Assembly: GCA_030390025.1 (NCBI GenBank)
Contig: JASTWF010000362.1
Span: 310,001-374,000, forward strand
Origin: Squalus acanthias
Taxonomy: Eukaryota
Reading direction: 5' to 3'
Length of the DNA: 64,000 bases
The position numbers and the translations under genes are program-made. The notes under the pieces are model-generated. The model did not search any database, was not told where the DNA came from, and saw nothing but the letters and a program-made list of their open reading frames with translations. Positions within the stretch are counted from its first letter, which is position 1. Each line of letters starts with the position of its first letter. This document shows, in pieces, positions 49,771-63,960 of this stretch.

Positions 49771-50749
49771 AAACCTTTCCCTGTTGCCGCCTGCCAGATA
49801 TAAAGCTACACCAGGTGTATAATCAATCCATCTCAACTAGCGAGCGCAGGAACTTGTGTGTTGGCACAGTAAGATCGCACTGTGTTACTTCTCAGCCTAA
49901 AGGGTATTGGAAGCCATTCCACGACAAGCTCTTTCACCTTGTCCAGAGGAGTAGAACCAGAGGACACGCCCTGCACTTGAAGGGGGGTTAAATGCAAAAC
50001 GAATCTGCGGAAACAGTGGCCTCGATATTAACCCCCCCCCCACGATGGTTGCTGTTTTTACGGTGGGCTTCGAGGCGGCCGCATATCCTGCCGTGGAGAG
50101 GCGGGCACTTCACTAACATATCAAATCCGGGCTCCGACAGTAAATTTAATCCTAAATCAATGGGAATCGGGGGGGGAAACTCTCCACTGGCTGGAGTCAT
50201 ACCTAGCACAAAGCAAGATGGTTCTGGTGGTTGGAGGTCAAACATCGCTGCAGGAGTTCCTCATGGCAGAGTCCTAGGCCCAACCATCTTCAGCTGCTTC
50301 ATCAATGGCCTTCCCTCCCACATAAGGTCAGAAGTGGGGATGTCCGCTGATGATTGCACAGTGTTCAGTTTCATTCGCAACTCCTCAGATAATGAAGCAG
50401 TCCATGCCCGCATGCAACAAGACCTGGATGACGTTCAGGCTTGGGCTGATAAGTGGCAGGTAACATTCACACCACACAAGTGCCAGGCAATGACTATCTC
50501 CAACAAGCGAGAGTCTAACCACCGCCCCATGACATTCAACAGCAATACCATCACTGAATCCCCCACCATCAACATCCTGGGGGGGTCACCATTGACCAGA
50601 AACTTAACTGGACCAGCCACATAAATAAAGTGCCAACAAGAGCAGGTCAGAGGCTGGGTATTCTGCGGCGAGTGTCTCACCTCCTGACTCCCCAAAGGTG
50701 CACTACAGCAATTCGCCAAGGCTTCTTTGGCAGCACCTCCCAAACCCGC

Positions 50750-52120
50750 TGTGGGAGGGGGACAGGGGGCAGCCGGGGGGATTGGGGCAAGGGAAACGGG
50801 GAGGGGAGGGAGGTGGATGGGGGTGCAGGGGGCCAGGAGAACAAAGGTGAGGGAGGACAGGGGGACGGAGGGAGGAGGGTCAGGGGTCGGAGGGTTCGGG
50901 GGTGGAGGGTCGGTTGGAGGAGGGTCGGGGGTAGAGGGTCGGGGGATGGAGGGAGGAAGGTTGGGGGTGGAGGGTTGGGGGAGGAGGGTCGGGGAATGGA
51001 GGGAGGAGGGTCGGGGGTGGGGGGTTGGGGGAGGGGGGTCGGGGAATGGAGGGAGGAGGGTCGGGGGTGGGGGGTTGGGGGAGGGGGGTCGGGGAATGGA
51101 GGGAGGAGGGTCGGGGGTGGGGGGTTGGGGGAGGGGGGTCGGGGAATGGAGGGAGGAGGGTCGGGGGTGGGGGGTTGGGGGAGGGGGGTCGGGGAATGGA
51201 GGGAGGAGGGTCGGGGGTCGGAGGGAGGAGGGTCGGGGGGAGGAGGGCAGGGGGACGGAGGGAAGAGGGTCGGGGGTCGGAGGGAGGAGGGTCGGAGGGA
51301 GGAGGGTCGGGGGTCGGAGGGAGGAGGGTCGGGGGTCGGAGGGAGGAGGGTCGGGGGATGGAGGGAAGAGGGTCGGGGGTCGGAGGGAGGAGGGTCGGGG
51401 GATGGAGGGAGGAGGGTCGGGGGACGAGGGTCGGGGGTGGAGGAATGGAGGGAGGAGGGTCGGGGGTCGGGGGATGGAGGGAGGAGGGTCGGAGGGAGGA
51501 GGGTCGGGGTGGAGGGTCGGGGGGAGGAGGGCAGGGGGACGGAGGGAAGAGGGTCGGGGGTCGGAGGGAGGAGGGTCGGGGGATGGAGGGAAGAGGGTCG
51601 GGGGTCGGGGGGAGGAGGGTCGGGGGATGGAGGGAGGAGGGTCGGGGGACGAGGGTCGGGGGTGGAGGAATGGAGGGAGGAGGGTCGAGGGTGGGGGAAT
51701 GGAGGGAGGAGGGTCGAGGGTGGGGGAATGGAGGGAGGAGGATCGGGGGTGGAGGGTCGGGGGGAGGAGGGTCGGGGGATGGAGGGAGGAGGGTCGGGGG
51801 TGGAGGGTCGGGGGGAGGAGGGTCGGGGGATGGAGGGAGGAGGGTCGGGGGTGGAGGGTCGGGGGGAGGAGGGTCGGGGGATGGAGGGAGGAGGGTCGGG
51901 GGTGGAGGGTCGGGGGGAGGAGGGTCGGGGGATGGAGGGAGGAGGGTCGGGGGTGGAGGGTCGGGGGGAGGAGGGTCGGGGGATGGAGGGAGGAGGGTCG
52001 GGGGTGGAGGGTCGGGGGGAGGAGGGTCGGGGGATGGAGGGAGGAGGGTCGGGGGTGGAGGAATGGAGGGAGGAGGGTCGGGGTGGGGGAATGGAGGGAG
52101 GAGGATCGGGGGGACGGAGA
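50750..52120 (+). repeat. Extremely G-rich minisatellite (GGAGGGAGGAGGGTCGGGGG-like)
   Basis: Direct inspection. Confidence 0.95.
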
Positions 52121-52652
52121 GTTGGAAGCCTGGGGCAAGAGAGACCCAAGACTTCCCTGTGAGACATGGCCGACACTCCTGCTCCTCCTGGCCCCCAGAC
52201 TACACATCGACTTGGTGAATAAAGGTGCAGAAGCCGCCTTGACTGAGGAGAGTCTGCGGAATCGCTGACTCTACGTTTTCCAAAGTGCTTACAATGGGAA
52301 TGTGCGTGACTGCTGATTTATGTCTTCAGTCGAGTGCTGTGGTTGGACTCCTACCCAAATTCATCTTTTCACATAATAACAAGTGTCATATATTGTTAGC
52401 AATGTTTATTCTGGCAGTGACTCGCTCTGTGTGAACCAAACAAGCTGCTGTATTTGTCCCAACATTTGGTGAGAGGTTCATTCCCTCCGTGTGTTGCAGT
52501 GTTTCGATTACAGAATAAATGATCCAGTTGTAGTGACTGGGACTGACACGGATGCAGAAACACCTCCGAGAAACCCCTGTGGCATCAGCACGGCTGACAG
52601 GGAAATCAGATTTTGATGCCGGGGCGATTCCAAGCCTGAATTTTGGTTGGTG

Positions 52653-53152
52653 NNNNNNNNNNNNNNNNNNNNNNNNNNNNNNNNNNNNNNNNNNNNNNNN
52701 NNNNNNNNNNNNNNNNNNNNNNNNNNNNNNNNNNNNNNNNNNNNNNNNNNNNNNNNNNNNNNNNNNNNNNNNNNNNNNNNNNNNNNNNNNNNNNNNNNNN
52801 NNNNNNNNNNNNNNNNNNNNNNNNNNNNNNNNNNNNNNNNNNNNNNNNNNNNNNNNNNNNNNNNNNNNNNNNNNNNNNNNNNNNNNNNNNNNNNNNNNNN
52901 NNNNNNNNNNNNNNNNNNNNNNNNNNNNNNNNNNNNNNNNNNNNNNNNNNNNNNNNNNNNNNNNNNNNNNNNNNNNNNNNNNNNNNNNNNNNNNNNNNNN
53001 NNNNNNNNNNNNNNNNNNNNNNNNNNNNNNNNNNNNNNNNNNNNNNNNNNNNNNNNNNNNNNNNNNNNNNNNNNNNNNNNNNNNNNNNNNNNNNNNNNNN
53101 NNNNNNNNNNNNNNNNNNNNNNNNNNNNNNNNNNNNNNNNNNNNNNNNNNNN
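52653..53152. other. Assembly gap (500 N)
   Basis: Exactly 500 N; the round size suggests a scaffolding join of unknown length. Confidence 0.98.
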
Positions 53153-54477
53153 AAGAAAGACAGAAAGAGAGTACACGAGGATTCTCCCAACTATCCTCAA
53201 ACATCCTGACCGGCCTCCCCGTCGAGCCTGTTTCCCAGATGTTCGGCCTCCACATCTGGTTGTGATATTTGCCGAGAGGGACAGTCCACATCTGATCACC
53301 ATCCAGCGGGCTGTAGGGGGTCTATCAAGTCAGCCTGCTGAGCTAGAAACCCCTCCAAAATCCTGAAGAGCATCCGCTGGGTTTCGCCTAATTCCTGGGC
53401 CACACGCCACGAGGATATTTTCTCCTAACACAAGAAACTGGAATATTTAAGACCCCGAGATTTCCTTGCAGTCCCCCCCCCCCACCCAGGTATTGTCCCA
53501 AGCTGCCCCGTGGGCTCCAGCAGGAACGGCCGGTGCTGGACACTCCCACCGCCACCACTCTCTCTCTCCCTCAGGAGGAGATTCACCTTTAATTCCTGGA
53601 GATCTCCAGGGCAATCCTGGAGGGGTGGCAACACTGGAACACTGGACAAACATGGCAAGAAGAGAGAGCAGAACTGGATTGTGTTTACAGTGCCTTCAAT
53701 GTGAAATTCACATTTTTTTTTAAGGTTTGGTTTTCCACCGCTGTTGCCAGTGGAGAACACAATCTGCCTCTGATGTTCCAACATCGACTCTTTCAGTGTC
53801 CATTTCTGTAATTCAGGGTTCAAATCCCAGGCAAGTAGCTTGAGGGGTTACGTAGAGTGTACGGCACAAAAACAGGCCATTCGGCCCCACTGGTCCGTGC
53901 CGGTGTTTATGCTCCACACCAGCCTCCTCCCACCCCTTGTCATCTCACCCCATCAGCATATCCTTCGATTCCTCCCGCCCTCGTGTGTTTATCCAGCTTC
54001 CCCTTAAACACATCTACGCTGTTCGCCTCAACCACTCCCTGTGGTAGCGAGTTCCACATTCTCACCACTCACTGGGTAAAGAAGTTTCTCCTGAATTCCC
54101 CATTGGATTTATTAGTGACTATCTTAAGTTTATGACCTCGAGTTTTGATCTCCCCCACAAGTGGAAACATCTTCTCTACATTTACCCTACCAAGCCCTTT
54201 CATCATTTTAAAGACCTCTATCAGGTCACCCCTCAGCCTTCTCTTTTCTAGAGAAAAGAGCCCCAGCCTGTTCGATCTTTCCCGATAGTTCTACCCTCTC
54301 ATTTCTGGTATCAGCCATGTGAATTTATGACTGTAATGTTAGTGTCTGTTGCTGTGCGTGAATTCACTGAGACAGTGGGCGCACTGAAGATGAAAGAGAG
54401 ACTCCCGGATCAGACCATTAGGCAGACCCGGTGAAGCCATTGTGGAGAGAAGGTCCCAGGTGACGATGGATAATTAC

Positions 54478-54608
54478 CTGCCGCCCACAGATAGATCGGA
54501 GATGGCGTAATAATAGGAGCGGAGGACCCGGTGATCCTTGAAGATATCGTCTCCGAAGGTGTTGAGTCGGTTTAAGGAAATCAGCAAATCAGTGGCTGTC
54601 ACCCACTC
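54478..54608 (-). CDS. LAMC3: Laminin gamma-3 exon 3 (end of LN domain), not in ORF track
   Basis: ctag|GAG...GGCAG|gtaatt; [44 protein letters not shown]; phase 0 matches exon 2. Confidence 0.93.
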
Positions 54609-54667
54609 CTAGCACAGAACAAACACACAGCATTAGAGCGAGAGAGGGAGGGGGGAGGGGGGAGTAT

Positions 54668-55050
<383 letters not shown>

Positions 55051-56038
55051 GAAAGAGCGCGAATGAGCCTCCAGCCAAGCTCAGTGCAAGACCATCCACC
55101 GGAGCCTTCGCTCCGAGACCCTCCTCCCCGGGGCTGTGACCGTTCCCGTTCCCCCGGGAGGAGAGTCTGGGAGCGAAGGTTCCGGTGGAGACTCTTTCGA
55201 CTGAGCTTGGCTGGAGGATGAGCGCGGCTTCCTTCAGGCGAGAATCGGACGGATTCCAAAAAGTGTGATCGACAATTCAATCCCAAAGGAAGAACACGGC
55301 AGAGACGTTTCTTCACCGGCCCCTGGAGTCGGGAATGTTGGGGGGGGGGGAGGGTAATCATTCCGATAGGCCGTGGACCTGGGGGTGTGGGGGGGGGGTT
55401 ACCATTGATACAGCCTGTGGTCCCTGGGAGGGGGCTATCAGTTGTAGCGTCGATGCTCCCTGATGGATTAACAATCTCACGGCCTGTGGTGAAGCTCGTA
55501 CAGTCTTGGATGTTCCCACAGAACCACTCAATACTGATGCTGTTACACCGCCAATGAAAACAAATCATTAAATGAAGAATTTTGTTTTTCCTTTTTTAAA
55601 AAGAGACCAAGGGGCCAGATCGTGACCCCATGTCGCTCTCTCTCTCCCCCTCTCATTCTCATTCTCCCTCTCTCTGTAGGTGCAGGGAGGATGTTTCCCC
55701 TGGCTGGAGAGTCTAGAACCAGGGGTCACAGTCTCAGGATAAGGGGTCGGCCATTTAGGACTGAGATAAGGAGGAACTTCTTCACTCAGAGGGTGGTGAA
55801 TCTTTGGAATTCTCTGCCCCAGAGGGCTGTGGAGGCTCAGTCGTTGAGTATATTCAAGACGGAGATCGATAGATTTTTGGACTCGAGGGGATCGAAGGTT
55901 ATGGGGATCAGACGGGAAAGTGGAGTTGAGGTCGAAGATCAGCCATGATCTTATTGAATGGCGGAGCAGGCTCGAGGGGCCGAATGGCCGACTCCTGCTC
56001 CTAATTCTGATGTTCTCTTTCAGTCTATGGGTGGGGAC

Positions 56039-56392
56039 TAGGGTTGCCAACCCTGCAGGGTTTGGCCTGGGGTCCCCAGGAATTGCCACGAGCAAAAACC
56101 ACAGAGAAAAATCATAGGGGCATTTAAAAAAAAACAATTGTGGGTTTTATTACCATTTTGTTTGAACACTTTCATTTATTAGTTATAAAAATATTGGAGA
56201 TTGGGGAGAAAAGGCTCTTTGACCGACAGTCAAGAATCATCCAATCGGTTAATGGGAAGGCGGGGCGTTGTGATGATGGGCATATCGGGCGACCAATGGG
56301 AGGAGGAGAGCAGGGGGGGGTGGAGCGGTTAGCGGCGGGAAGTCATGTGATGAAACCTCCAGGAATATGTCCAACCAGAGATGGCGACCCCA
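56039..56392. mobile_element. hAT-like non-autonomous element (TAGGGTTGCCA-type ends)
   Basis: TAGGGTTGCCAAC ... GATGGCGACCC; related pieces at 4110-4350, 6891-6925 and ~53590-53635; TSD not evident. Confidence 0.6.
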
Positions 56393-57956
56393 ATGTTGGG
56401 CCCGGTCACCGCTCTGCATCAAGCCAAATCCCAGCCAGATGAACTAGAAGTGTCGTGGGTTGGAGAGTAAATATTCCCCTGCCCCCCCCACAAAAAAACC
56501 CTCCAACTTCTCTGTTTTATCAATAATGATAAAAGCAGTGCCGCTGCCTGCAGGAAGGACGGAGGAAGTTTTCAAGTCCTTCACGGTTTGACTTTATTTC
56601 GAGCTTTTGACGCTGGAACTAAAGGGTCGGAGGGAAGGAGCGTTTGGCTGGGGCGGGGGCGGGGGGGAACTCAACCTCGCGACGCACAGCTCGGAAAGCA
56701 ACGGGCCATTTGTTGGCCACCAACAATAGTGTCTGTGTAAAGAAAGACTCGCATTGAGAGAGCATCTTTCACCACCTCGGGGTGTCCCAAAGCCAACCAA
56801 GGACTTTTGTTTGAAGTGGAGTCACTGTTGTAATGTAGGAAACGCAGCAGCCAATTTGCGCACAGCAAGCTCCCACAAACAGCAATGTGATAATGAGCAG
56901 ATAATCTGTTTAATGATGTTGGTTGGGGGATAACCGGGGAGAACTCCCCCGCTCGTCTTCGAAATAGTGCCGTGGGATCTTCCCTCAGTACTGGCACTGG
57001 GAGTGTCAGCCTGGATTTTTGTGCTGAAGTCTCTGGAGTGGGACTTGAACCCACAACCTTCTGACTCAGAGGCGAGGGGGCGACCCACTGAGTTGTGGTG
57101 TCCGTCAGCGGGGAGGGGAGGTAGGCCGGGCAGTATGGCTCCGTTCTTGCACCGCGCCGTTTCCTAATCAAAAAAGGGGCCTGGTTTGCCACATGAACTG
57201 AATGGAAAATCAACGTGGAGCGAGGATGATCAGCGAAGGGCAGTACCAGGGAATTCCTTCTGTGAGCTCGGTCCCACATTGCTTAAACACGGTGGGCGTT
57301 GGAGGATATCTGGAAATCGTCCACTTGCATTGGATCCAACGACCTGTCCCAAGATTGTCATCAAGTAATTGAGGCAGCTGTTTCAGAGAAGAGTTCGTAG
57401 GCCATTCCTGACCAATCAGCCGTTGTGCGATGGTCAGATACGTGCGGGAGGGTGGCCGGCGCCGTGACCTTTCAACAGGGAAGGTCAAACAGTAGCAGGA
57501 AGCCTGACCTGAATTACTTCCCAGCTCCCCCGGACTGAAGTGTGTCTCTAACCCGGATAGGAGGCGTCACCGTCTCCTCACGGGCGAAAGGGCTTTCATG
57601 TGGTAATCATATCTTGAGACAATCGCAATGCAATTTCCCACACAAGTCTGCAGAAAGAATTCTCCTGGACCGCGCACTAATTGGCCAACTTCAGTCAGAA
57701 AGGGCCACCAGAGGAAATGAGAGGACTGGAGCTGCAGATTACAGGATGCCTTTCAGAGGCAGAGCTGGGTTGTGTTATTAAATGGTGAGGAGTTGGGAGG
57801 GGGAGAAATCATCCCATGTACTCTCTCTAATACACACATATAACCCTGGAGAGAAAACCTCACAGGATACTGTGGGATTGTTACAGCTACTCATTAACAG
57901 AACCTGGAAAATCTGAGCACCATGCTCTCCATGAGAGTGTGTGAGTGTGAGTGTGA

Positions 57957-58432
57957 GTATCTAACCCGTGCTGTACCTGCCCTGGGAGTGTTTGATGGGA
58001 CAGTGTAGAGGGAGCTTTACTCTGTATCTAACCCGTGCTGTACCTGTCCTGGGAGTGTTTGATGGGACAGTGTAGAGGGAGCTTTACTCTGTATCTAACC
58101 CGTGCTGTACCTGTCCTGGGAGTGTTTGATGGGACAGTGTAGAGGGAGCTTTACTCTGTATCTAACCCGTGCTGTACCTGCTCTGGGAGTGTTTGATGGG
58201 ACAGTGTAGAGGGAGCTTTACTCTGTATCTAACCCGTGCTGTACCTGTCCTGGGAGTGTTTGATGGGACAGTGTAGAGGGAGCTTTACTCTGTATCTAAC
58301 CCGTGCTGTACCTGCTCTGGGAGTGTTTGATGGGACAGTGTAGAGGGAGCTTTACTCTGTATCTAACCCGTGCTGTACCTGCCCTGAGAGTGTTTGATGG
58401 GACAGTGTAGAGGGAGCTTTACTCTGTATCTA
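57957..58432 (+). repeat. 67-bp tandem repeat, about 7 copies
   Basis: GTATCTAACCCGTGCTGTACCTG...GGGAGCTTTACTCT, head-to-tail, no spacers. Confidence 0.93.
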
Positions 58433-58829
58433 GGGGGAGGTATACTCACATCTAACGGTGTCACACATGACCAAGGAGTGCATGGTGCCATCAGCCCATC
58501 CTCCAGCACTGATATCCCATCATAACCTAATGAGCGCTAAGTAACAAACGAAAAGATTTGCATTTCTCCAGCACCTTTCACAACCTCAGGACGTCCCAAA
58601 GCGCTTTACAGCCAATGAAGTGCTTTTTGAAGTATGGTCACTGTTGTAATGTGGGAAACGCAGTAACCAATTTGTGCACAGCAAGATCCCACAAACAGCA
58701 AAGTATTGGGCCAGAACACCGGGGAGAACTCCCCTGCTCTTCTTTGAAATAGTGGCCGTGGGATCTTTTATGTCCACCGGAGAGAGCAGACGGGACCTCG
58801 GTTTAACGTCTCATCTGAAAGACGTCTCC

Positions 58830-59790
58830 CTCCTCAGTACCGCCTCTCCGACAGCGCGACGCTCCCTCAGTACTGCCCCTCCGACAGTGCGGCGCTCCCT
58901 CAGTACTGCCCCTCCGACAGTGCGGCGCTCCCTCAGTACTGCCCCTCCGACAGTGCGGCGCTCCCTCAGTACTGCCCCTCCGACAGTGCAGCGCTCCCTC
59001 AGTACTGCCCCTCCAACAGAGCGGCGCTCCCTCAGTACTGCCCCTCCGACAGTGCGGCGCTCCCTCAGTACTGCCCCTCCGACAGTGCAGCGCTCCCTCA
59101 GTACTGCCCGTCCGACAGTGCAGCGCTCCCTCAGTACCGCCCCTCCGACGCTCCCTCAGTACCGCCCCTCCGACAGTGCAGCGCTCCCTCAGTACTGCCC
59201 CTCCAACAGTGCGGCGCTCCCTCATTACTGCCCTCCGACAGTGCAGCGCTCCCTCAGTACTGACCCTCCGACAGTGCGGCGCTCCCTCAGCGCTGCCCCT
59301 CCGACAGTGCGGCGCTCCCTCAGCGCTGCCCCTCCGACAGTACGGCGCTCCCTCAGTACTGCCCCTCCGACAGTACGGCGCTCCCTCAGCGCTGCCCCTC
59401 CGACAGTGCGGCGCTCCCTCAGTACTGCCCCTCCGACAGTACGGCGCTCCCTCAGTACTGCCCCTCCGACAGTGCAGCGCTCCCTCAGTACTGCCCCTCC
59501 GACAGTGCAGCGCTCCCTCAGTACTGCCCCTCCGACAGTGCGGCACTCCCTCAGTACTGCCCCTCCGACAGTGCAGCGCTCCCTCAGCGCTGCCCCTCCA
59601 CAGTACGGCGCTCCCTCAGTACTGCCCCTCCGACAGTGCGGCACTCCCTCAGTACTGCCCCTCCGACAGTGCGGCGCTCCCTCAGTACTGCCCCTCCGAC
59701 AGTGCGGCGCTCCCTCAGCGCTGCCCCTCCGACAGTGCAGCACTCCCTCAGTACAGCCCCTCCGACAGTACGGCGCTCCCTCAGTACTCT
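58830..59790 (-). repeat. 33-bp minisatellite inside a minus-strand Deu-SINE (58555-59890)
   Basis: Reverse complement of the 25468 unit; SINE head and tail on either side. Confidence 0.92.
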
Positions 59791-59954
59791 CGCCTAGATT
59801 TTGCGCTCAAGTCTCTGGAGCGGGGACCTGGATTCGCGACCTTCTGACTCAGAGGCCAGAGTGAGCGACGCACTGAGCCAAGGCCGACACCTGTAGTATT
59901 GAGGACCTTTGTAAGGCAGACCTCCCTCACGGGCGGGTGGGGGGTTTAACTTAC

Positions 59955-60259
59955 CTGCAGCATGGGGCTGGTGTCGAAGCTGTACGCACTGGGTCTCCCT
60001 TCCAAGGTGGAGAAGGCCACGTTGCCCCCGGTCAGCGGGGAGATGTCGCTGAACTCGTCGGTGCAGAACGCCACCCGCTCCTCGTTCCCCGGCCGCAGGA
60101 AGCTCCTGGCGGGAACGCCGTAGGTTTTGCGGCACGAGGCGCTGTAATACTGGTAGGGGATCCAGGGGCCGCCCTCCCGTGTCCTCTTGTAGATGGCAAA
60201 GCTCTCCGGCCTGCTGGTGTGAAACTTCAGTCGGATGTAGGTGATCTCGAACGACTTTC
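59955..60259 (-). CDS. LAMC3: Laminin gamma-3 exon 2 (LN domain), not in ORF track in this frame
   Basis: ttttag|GA...CAG|gtaagt; 305 nt; KSFEITYIRLKFHTSRPESFAIYKR...SASCRKTYG...LRPGNEERVAFCTDEFSDISPLTGGNVAFSTLEGRPSAY...LQ. Confidence 0.93.
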
Positions 60260-61427
60260 CTAAAACAAGAGAAATAAAATATATATAACTCGATATTTCG
60301 CTCGCAGATGTTTAGAAACAGCCTGGAATTTTGATGGCGTCGTGCCCATCTAACGGGCGCCAACGCCTCCGTTATGACAGGCAGTGTGCCACCCGACAGC
60401 TTGGATCGGGCTTGTGTGTTGGCGTCAGGAGGGCGGGTCAGAAGTATTCCCAACACTGAATATTTTAAAATTCTCATCCTCGTGTTCAAATCCCTCCATG
60501 GCCTCGCCCCTCCCTCTCTCTGTAACCTCCTCCAGCCCCACAACCCCGAGATCTCTGCGTTCCTTCAATTCTGGCCCCTTACGCATCCTCGATTTCCATC
60601 GCTCCCCCATTGGCGGCCGTGCCTACAGCTGCCTGGGCCCCAAGCTCTGGAATTCCCTCCCTAAACCTCTCCACCTCTCCGCCTCTCTCCTCCTTTAAGA
60701 CGCTCCTTAAAACCGACCTCTTTGACCAAGCTTTGGTCGCCTGTCCCAATATCTCCTGATGTGGTTCGGAGTTAGATTCTGTTTGATAATCGCTCCTGTG
60801 TTAAAGGTGCTATATAAATGCAAGTTGTTCTGATGAATATGTTATTGAAATTCGGGCCCTGTGCTTCCACAGCTGCGTTTCCCACATCACAACAGCGACT
60901 ACACTTCAAAAAGTACTTCATTGGCTGTAAAGTTCTTTGGGATGTCCGGAGGTTGTGAAAGGCGCTGGAGAAATGCAAGTACTTTTTATCTTTAACATCT
61001 CCTTCCCCACGGACAGAGGGAAGTAGGACGGGAGAACACTTGGCTTTGCCCGCATGGCAGACTTCCCCCAGGGTACAAGGCACCATAGACTGCCCCCACA
61101 TTGTGTGCCCATTACCAGCCTGGCAAAGGCCTGGGTGCAGACCACCCAGCATCAGGGGCAACACCCCCTTACTTGGCTCCTTGGCACTGGGCTTTCCATT
61201 CTCCGGTATCAGCATCCCCTTAAAACAGCTCAATACCTTTCCCAATTCAGCCCCGCAGCTAGAAGAACACAGTCTTAATTACTCAGCTCCTTCATCAATA
61301 ATCCTTTCACTGTTCACGGTGCAGGGGAATTCTGATCGAGTTAGAAATGTGCCCGAATCAATGTTACTAACCAAGTGCAGCAGCAGTCAGAGAGCAACAC
61401 TCGAGAGTGATCTTACACAGAGGAGCA

Positions 61428-62040
61428 GACCGTCAATCGGGGGGTCACCGTCCAGACCGTCAATCGGGGGGTCACCGTCCAGACTGTCAATCCGGGGTCA
61501 CCGTCCGGACCGTCAATCCGGGGTCACCGTCCGGACCGTCAATCGGGGGGTCACCGTCCGGACCGTCAATCCGGGGGTCACCGTCCAGACCGTCAATCGG
61601 GGGGTCACCGTCCAGACTGTCAATCGGGGGGTCACCGTCCAGACTGTCAATCCGGGGTCACCGTCCGGACCGTCAATCGGGGGGTCACCGTCCGGACCGT
61701 CAATCGGGGGTCACCGTCCGGACCGTCAATCGGGGGTCACCGTCCAGACCGTCAATCGGGGGGTCACCGTCCAGACTGTCAATCCGGGGTCACCGTCCGG
61801 ACCGTCAATCGGGGGGTCACCGTCCGGACCGTCAATCGGGGGTCACCGTCCAGACCGGCAATCCGGGGGTCACCGTCCGGACTGTCAATCCGGGGTCACT
61901 GTCCAGACTGTCAATCCGGGGGGTCACCGTCCAGACCGTCAATCGGGGGGTCACCGTCCAGACCGGCAATCCGGTGTCACCGTCCAGACCGTCAATCGGG
62001 GTCACCGTCCAGGCAGTCAATCGGGGTCACCGTCCAGACA
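61428..62040 (+). repeat. ~27-bp minisatellite
   Basis: GTCAATCGGGGGGTCACCGTCCAGACC units. Confidence 0.92.
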
Positions 62041-63046
62041 GTCAGAGAGGTCAATAACCAGGGGGCTGAGATTTACAGTAATTGGTCGGAGGAGTAGAGG
62101 GGAGTTGAAGAGAACTGTTTTCACAGAGAGGGTGGTGGGGGTCTGGAACTCACTGCCTGAAAGGGTGGTAGAGGCAGAAACCCTCATCGCATTTAAAAAG
62201 TACTTGGATATGCGCTTGAAGTGCTGTAACCTACAGGGCTACGGACCAAGAGCTGGACAGTGGGATTAGGCTGGATCGCTCTTTTTTCGGCCGGCACAGA
62301 CACGATGGGCCGAATGGCTTCCTTCTGTGCCGTATGATTCCCTGAATCAGAGATCAATGTCAGACAGCCACAGATACTTTGTAAAAGGCCTGGGTGCAAT
62401 TTGTTTGGGCTTTTTTGTGTTCAAATCTCAGAAAGGGCCAATTTCTGATTGAGTTTTTGCACAGACAGTGTGACCTTTTCTCAAGAGTGGTTCTGGCACA
62501 CAGTCAGTCTGAGTAAAACCTCCCACACAGTTTGTCTGTTTAAATGCAAATGGCACATGAGTAAGTGCAAGGAACGGTGGGACTCCCCACTGAGCTTTAA
62601 TCGACTGCGCATGTGGAATAAATGAGATCGCTCTCGGCAGAGTTGGGCGGTTTTATCTGTACTTTCCCCCCCCCCCCGGTGATATTTCCCGACATTTAAT
62701 ACTTTCATCCCAAAAATGAGTCCAGTGAGCGGACGAAAACGATCCAACGGTTTACTCTTGGGGTGGGATGAATTCGGAGCGAGCAGTCACACCAGGCTGC
62801 TCTCCTGCACCTCCCAATGGCCAGCGTTGGAGCAGCACCCGCAGCTCCCTGGGAGCCCACGGCCTCGGCACGAAAAAGCTGCACTTACATAGCGCCTTTC
62901 ACGACCTCAGGACGTCCCAGGTGAAATGCTGAGGGCAGGTTGCACAGACTGGGCTTGTATTCCCTCGAGTTTAGAAGATTAAGGGGTGATCTAATCGAGG
63001 TGTTTAAGATGATTAAAGGAGTTGATAGGGTAGAGAGAGAGAAACT

Positions 63047-63960
63047 TAGATGTAATATCTCCAAGTTTGCAGACGACACAAAGCTGGGTGGGAGTGTGTG
63101 CTGTGAGGAGGATGCAGCGAAACTCCAGGATGATTTGGACAGGTTGGGTGAGTGGGCAGATGTAGTATAACGTGGATAAATGTGAGGTTATCCACTTGGG
63201 TGGCAAAAACAGGAAGACAGATTATTATCTGAACGGCAATAGATTGGGAAAAGGGGAAGTGCAACGAGATCTGTGTGTCCTTGTGCACCAGTCGCTGAAG
63301 ATAAGCATGCAGGTGCAGCAGGCGGTTAAGAAGGCAAATGGTATGAGTACAGGAGCAAGGATGTCTTGCTGCAGCTGTACAGGGCCTTGGTGAGACCACA
63401 CCTTGAGTATTCCGTGCAGTTTTGGTCGCCTTATCTGAGGAAGGATGTTCTTGCCATGGAGGGAGTGCAGCGAAGATTTACCAGACTGATACCTGGGATG
63501 GCAGGAATGACGAATGAAGAGAGATTGGGTCGATTGGGCTTATACTCGCTGGAGTTTAGAAGAATGAGAGGGGATCTCATTGAAACTTATAAAATTCTAA
63601 CAGGACTAGACAGACTAGATGCAGGAAGGATGTTCCCGATGGCGGGGGAGTCCAGAACCAGGGGTCACAGTCTAAGGATAAGGGGTAAGCCATTTAGGAC
63701 TGAGATGAGGAGGAATTTCTTCACCCAGAGAGTGGTGAACCTGTGGAATTCTCTACCACAAAAGGCAGTTGAGGCCAATTCATTAAATATATTCAAGAAG
63801 GAGATAGATATATTTCTTAAGGCTAAAGGTATCAAGGGATATGGGGAGAAAGCAGGGATAGGGTACTGAGTTTGGATGATCAGCCATGATCTCATTGAAT
63901 GGCGGAGCAGGCTCGAGGGGCCGAATGGCCTACTCCTGCTCCTATCTTCTATGCTTCAAT
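63047..63960 (+). mobile_element. Young CR1 nested in an older CR1 (62930-64000)
   Basis: Very similar to 18999-19944; GAAACT at 63041-63046 and 63961-63966. Confidence 0.88.

Noticed and set aside
52386..53366. ORFs spanning the N run
   Set aside because: Artefacts of translating Ns
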